From positions 2,000,907 through 2,064,906 of the forward strand of contig CAVNZM010000001.1 in NCBI GenBank assembly GCA_963693365.1: a DNA stretch of 64,000 nucleotides, written 5' to 3'. Shown piece after piece: positions 61,401 through 64,000 of the stretch; positions within the stretch are counted from its first letter, which is position 1; each line of letters opens with the position of its first letter. Source of the stretch: Amoebidium appalachense. Taxonomy: Eukaryota; Protista; Ichthyosporea. The position numbers and the translations under genes were made by a program. The notes below the pieces were generated by a model, which was not told the origin of the DNA, did not search any database, and saw nothing but the letters and a program-made list of their open reading frames with translations.

Positions 61401-62863
61401 ACATCTTTGAACTTGTTGACCCTCCCCCTGGTGCTAACATCGTCGGCTTCAAGTGGATTGTCTCCGAGAAAACTCTCAACTCGGCTGGTGACACCAAGAT
61501 CAAGGCACGTGGTGTTGCTCAAGGCTTCAGTCAGCAATACGGTGTTGACTATGAGTTGATTGAGAGCCCTGTCATCCGTCCGGCTGCTCTCCGTGCCATC
61601 CTAGCTCTGGCCGTTGTTGAAGGTCATGACATACATCAACTCGACGTGTCTACGGCCTTTCTCAACAGCCCACTCACCGAGACCATCTACATGAAACAAC
61701 CCCCGGGATTCATCACCATGGCCACACTTGGCAAGGTCTGGAGACTCAAGAAAGCCCTGTACGGCCTCAAGCAAGCCTCCAAGGCTTGGTACGACTTCCT
61801 CGACGGCATTCTTCTTGCCCATGGCCTGACCCGTACTAAGACCGACCCGTGCATCTACCTCCGGTTCTTCCCCAACAACGATGTGGTACGGGCTGGTAAC
61901 TACGTCGATGACTCCACCATCACCAACACCCGGGGTTCTACTGCTGCCAGTGACCTGGCTGCCCACATCAGCAAGATGGCCAGCTGTCGTATGAGTCCAT
62001 TTGACCGTATGCTCGGTGTTGATTTTAATCACTCTGATCCCCATCACCTCCACATGCACCAGAGGTCTTACATCATGGATATCATCCACGACTTCAACCT
62101 CACCGATGCCAAGTCCAAGTCTACCCCCATCCCTGCAGGCACCACCGTCTCCCTGGCTGATTGCCCCCCCCAACCGTTCACCGTGCCCTACCGTGAGTTA
62201 CTCGGCCGTCTCCTCTGGGTGGCACGGTGCACACGTCCCGACATTGCCTATGCCATCGGCTTCCTTGGTCGGTTCAGCACCAACCCCGGCAAGACTCACT
62301 GGGACCTTCTCCGTCGTGTGGCCCGGTACCTGCTCGGCACCATTGACCTTGGCATTGACTACAAGTACTCGGCCACCCAGTCCCCCATACTCGAATGCTA
62401 CACGGATGCTGACTTTGCTGGTTGTGCCGACAGCAAGAAGTCTACCACCGGCTACATTATCGTGTTTGCTGGTATGCCCGTCATCTGGTACTCCAAGCTC
62501 CAGCCCATCACGGCCACCAGCACCACTGAAGCTGAGCTGATTGCTCTCAATGCTGGCACCCAAGAAGTTGCTTGGGTCCGTGACCTCTTCAAGGAACTCG
62601 GCTGTCCCATGCTTGCTCCGACTCCGGTGTACTGTGACAACCAGTCGACCATTGCCATCGTCAACTCCACCGGCATCAAGCACCGTACCAAACACATTGC
62701 CGTCCGGTATCACAACACCAAGGACTACATTGCCAGTGGGGACGTGGTTGTCCACTACGTTGAGTCAGCCCACAACTTAGCTGACATACTCACCAAACCC
62801 CTCCCCGGCCCGAGTCATGTCCACCATCGTGCTCGACTTTGTTTACCGGATATTGTGGATTGA
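58454..62863 (+). CDS. Intact Ty1/copia gag-pol polyprotein (1469 aa from MDPNK)
   Basis: All domain motifs lie in one frame. The ORF track extension back to 58280 starts at a non-ATG codon within the LTR. Confidence 0.96.
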   Translation: MDPNKTGVNKITMWKGEGKTGPDSKTTYFQWEIIFLGMMTGTKGVRLVDVVLADNYVPPTTVAVDGEPPFYGYGTTAELKEARNCLLLHMIQNIDPSVLTTVAQYRIGMDPERAMWKFRQHYLQGKPDQIRILHRQWDACALQPGESFTTYLSRLQTIVNQLQSLQDESIHFTRLAEKFFNELTTRDDLTPEFNRLIEDYHFGDKLFPDFESLHNHVKGIELRQDLKMQLRNNRAHRASKSSMALNASAPPRDLPRRDLRTRLDRTSGTDLRTRLSRQHTRSRSPHRPAFRSTSRSPSRSRFSGSRRSDSPARSNTPSVKECSYCHEPDHTIIDCPEPKCRMSRHNRSRQGSEKSVSFAFSAYNASSVPVSSDPAWDSGCNMTVCPTREFFHDLTPLPTPTPVAAFNGTPVLATHTGHIVINTTTDHGTTTLTIEAYYTPSGQAFLISTSQAAAEYIKGDLNDASTPSFLFDRLTGRHLVNLRLHNGLYYFKDYTIQPPTRPVALAATTSVNPSIWHHRLGHRAMTSIKDMVKHDLVIGLPSSVLDCDVPDCHGCIMGKTTKAPFRGDRPHSNIPGHEWHWDFFEPTTTSYGGSKVALVTVCRASGLVKIYPMADRTTTLDILTAHTNLVATHAPSKVGVYHFDSGSEFTSKDTRAFCLSQGIKASYAPVDCPQLNGYVERRMRFLQEIVRCLLHQVQDQSLSPKLWAEALQHAAYIINVTPSTTANGRTPFEVFYGVKPDISELKVFGCPAYTHVPASKRNKLAPTVKLGMYIGYDLQSHCHRIFNATTHRVGLFRDVIFDESAYLPSDIPSTLPTPDTTATSTTPPPTVDTEDDVCLVYSGPPPAIVVPPTPPPPTGPPAPVPVQPADPHPGPGNVTPIRPGSPDNFHSAPSSPEVAPPALPNFQVPPPPSPPTPVPAPRRSARLQGKVGLQATTTLPVPPGPPINIDQLPKLVRQLCSGPNGDQVKSALTAEYQAFVDKDIFELVDPPPGANIVGFKWIVSEKTLNSAGDTKIKARGVAQGFSQQYGVDYELIESPVIRPAALRAILALAVVEGHDIHQLDVSTAFLNSPLTETIYMKQPPGFITMATLGKVWRLKKALYGLKQASKAWYDFLDGILLAHGLTRTKTDPCIYLRFFPNNDVVRAGNYVDDSTITNTRGSTAASDLAAHISKMASCRMSPFDRMLGVDFNHSDPHHLHMHQRSYIMDIIHDFNLTDAKSKSTPIPAGTTVSLADCPPQPFTVPYRELLGRLLWVARCTRPDIAYAIGFLGRFSTNPGKTHWDLLRRVARYLLGTIDLGIDYKYSATQSPILECYTDADFAGCADSKKSTTGYIIVFAGMPVIWYSKLQPITATSTTEAELIALNAGTQEVAWVRDLFKELGCPMLAPTPVYCDNQSTIAIVNSTGIKHRTKHIAVRYHNTKDYIASGDVVVHYVESAHNLADILTKPLPGPSHVHHRARLCLPDIVD

Positions 62864-63077
62864 CCCGACCTACTTCAAGAGTGATTTTCTCATGTGTACT
62901 ACTTACTTTATCAACATCATTATATCATATGTATTGCCTTTGTGGGTATGCCCACTTAGGGTTTATATATAAGGTTTGACCTGTACCATCACTCTACTCT
63001 ATCTTTCACTGGTTTAAAACCCAGTTAATCAAACACCGCCTATACACGTTATATATATTCGTTGTTTTTGCCCCGGT

Positions 63078-63155
63078 TCCTTCCCCCCCTCCCCCCCCCC
63101 TTCCCCCCCCCTTCCCCCCCCTTCCCCCCCCCCCCCTTCTCCCCCCCCCCCCCCC
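63078..63155 (+). repeat. Interrupted poly-C tract in the Copia-A 3' UTR (G-rich on the opposite strand)
   Basis: Runs of 7-15 C separated by T or TT. Also at 548-652 and 15649-15754 with different lengths. Confidence 0.9.
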
Positions 63156-64000
63156 GGAAAAGTACACACTTTAATTTTTTTTTTTCCGTTTCTGTTCTCA
63201 AGTGGGGAGATTTCACTAGTTCAGTGGGGATATGATAACACAAACTTCAAAGTCTTAAGTGGGGATGTTGTAATACGTAGTATTTACATATGGTAAGATC
63301 TTCTCAGTTTGTGTTATGTTTCAGTTCATATGCTTAGTGTAAATGCCACACTCCTATTATGTAAAGTGTAGCATCGATCTCCGATATGCTTGTATACTTG
63401 TAATCGTGTTGTATCGGCTTTAATCGTGTATTGTAATATCGATTAGAATATTTATATGTGTGTACACGGATCCACCCACTCAGGGAGAGACGTGTACATG
63501 TTCGTGTGTACATAAATATCTCTGGTTATAGTTATGCTATTACTATCTTGTTTGTTGATCTGTGCTCTCTTTTCCTTCCTCTTTCTCCTTCCTTATTTTC
63601 TTTTCTTTCTCTCCTTGTCTTCATGTGTATAATCGTATTTCTTTTCTACTAATATATGTTAGGTAGATTTGTGTTACTTAATACGTGTTCATTGGACGGT
63701 AACACACTTAGGCTACACTTAGAATAGCATGTGTGTTTAGACTTCATTAATTCACTTTAGTTTTCATGTGTTGCCGGGCTTTAACCAATCATCAAGGTTA
63801 AGTGTGATATGTCTGAGTCTTTGCAGTATGTCATAGGTTAGAACTTCCTTGATGATGACACGAGTTGATCCTAACTAGTGTCTGTGTCCTATCGTGTACG
63901 CCTCCGCGTACCGGATCTCTCTGAAAGCAATTGGTTCTTAGTGATTGGTTTCTATTAGAGATGGATCTGATTTCCGACTGGTCGGAAATCATGTATGGAT

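Larger units (their letters stand above)
57467..64000 (+). mobile_element. Full-length Copia-A element (5' LTR 57467-58391; 3' LTR from 63266 to beyond the window end)
   Basis: LTRs look identical over the visible length. PBS GGTTATGCAGCCC, PPT and an intact ORF. Confidence 0.96.

Overview
This 64 kb window is eukaryotic and consists almost entirely of nested retroelements; I found no recognisable host gene. It holds at least three Ty1/copia families, labelled A, B and C here. Two Copia-A copies carry open 1469-aa gag-pol ORFs (15976-20385 minus, 58454-62863 plus). The rest are deleted or rearranged copies and solo LTRs with 5-bp TSDs. Also present are a complete tyrosine-recombinase (Ngaro/DIRS-type) retrotransposon with split direct repeats (36488-41919), an old Ty3/gypsy remnant, and a young non-autonomous gypsy-derived LTR element (53239-56784). 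The standout is a 625-659 bp non-coding LTR element (TRIM) whose 289-bp LTRs each embed a complete, heavily folded tRNA-like gene. Full copies lie at 7292-7916 and 52002-52660, both with 5-bp TSDs, and a partial copy lies at 8768. One copy appears to record reverse-transcriptase read-through of the initiator-tRNA primer past position 58. Family labels are mine. All coordinates were read by eye and may be off by a few bases at rearranged junctions.
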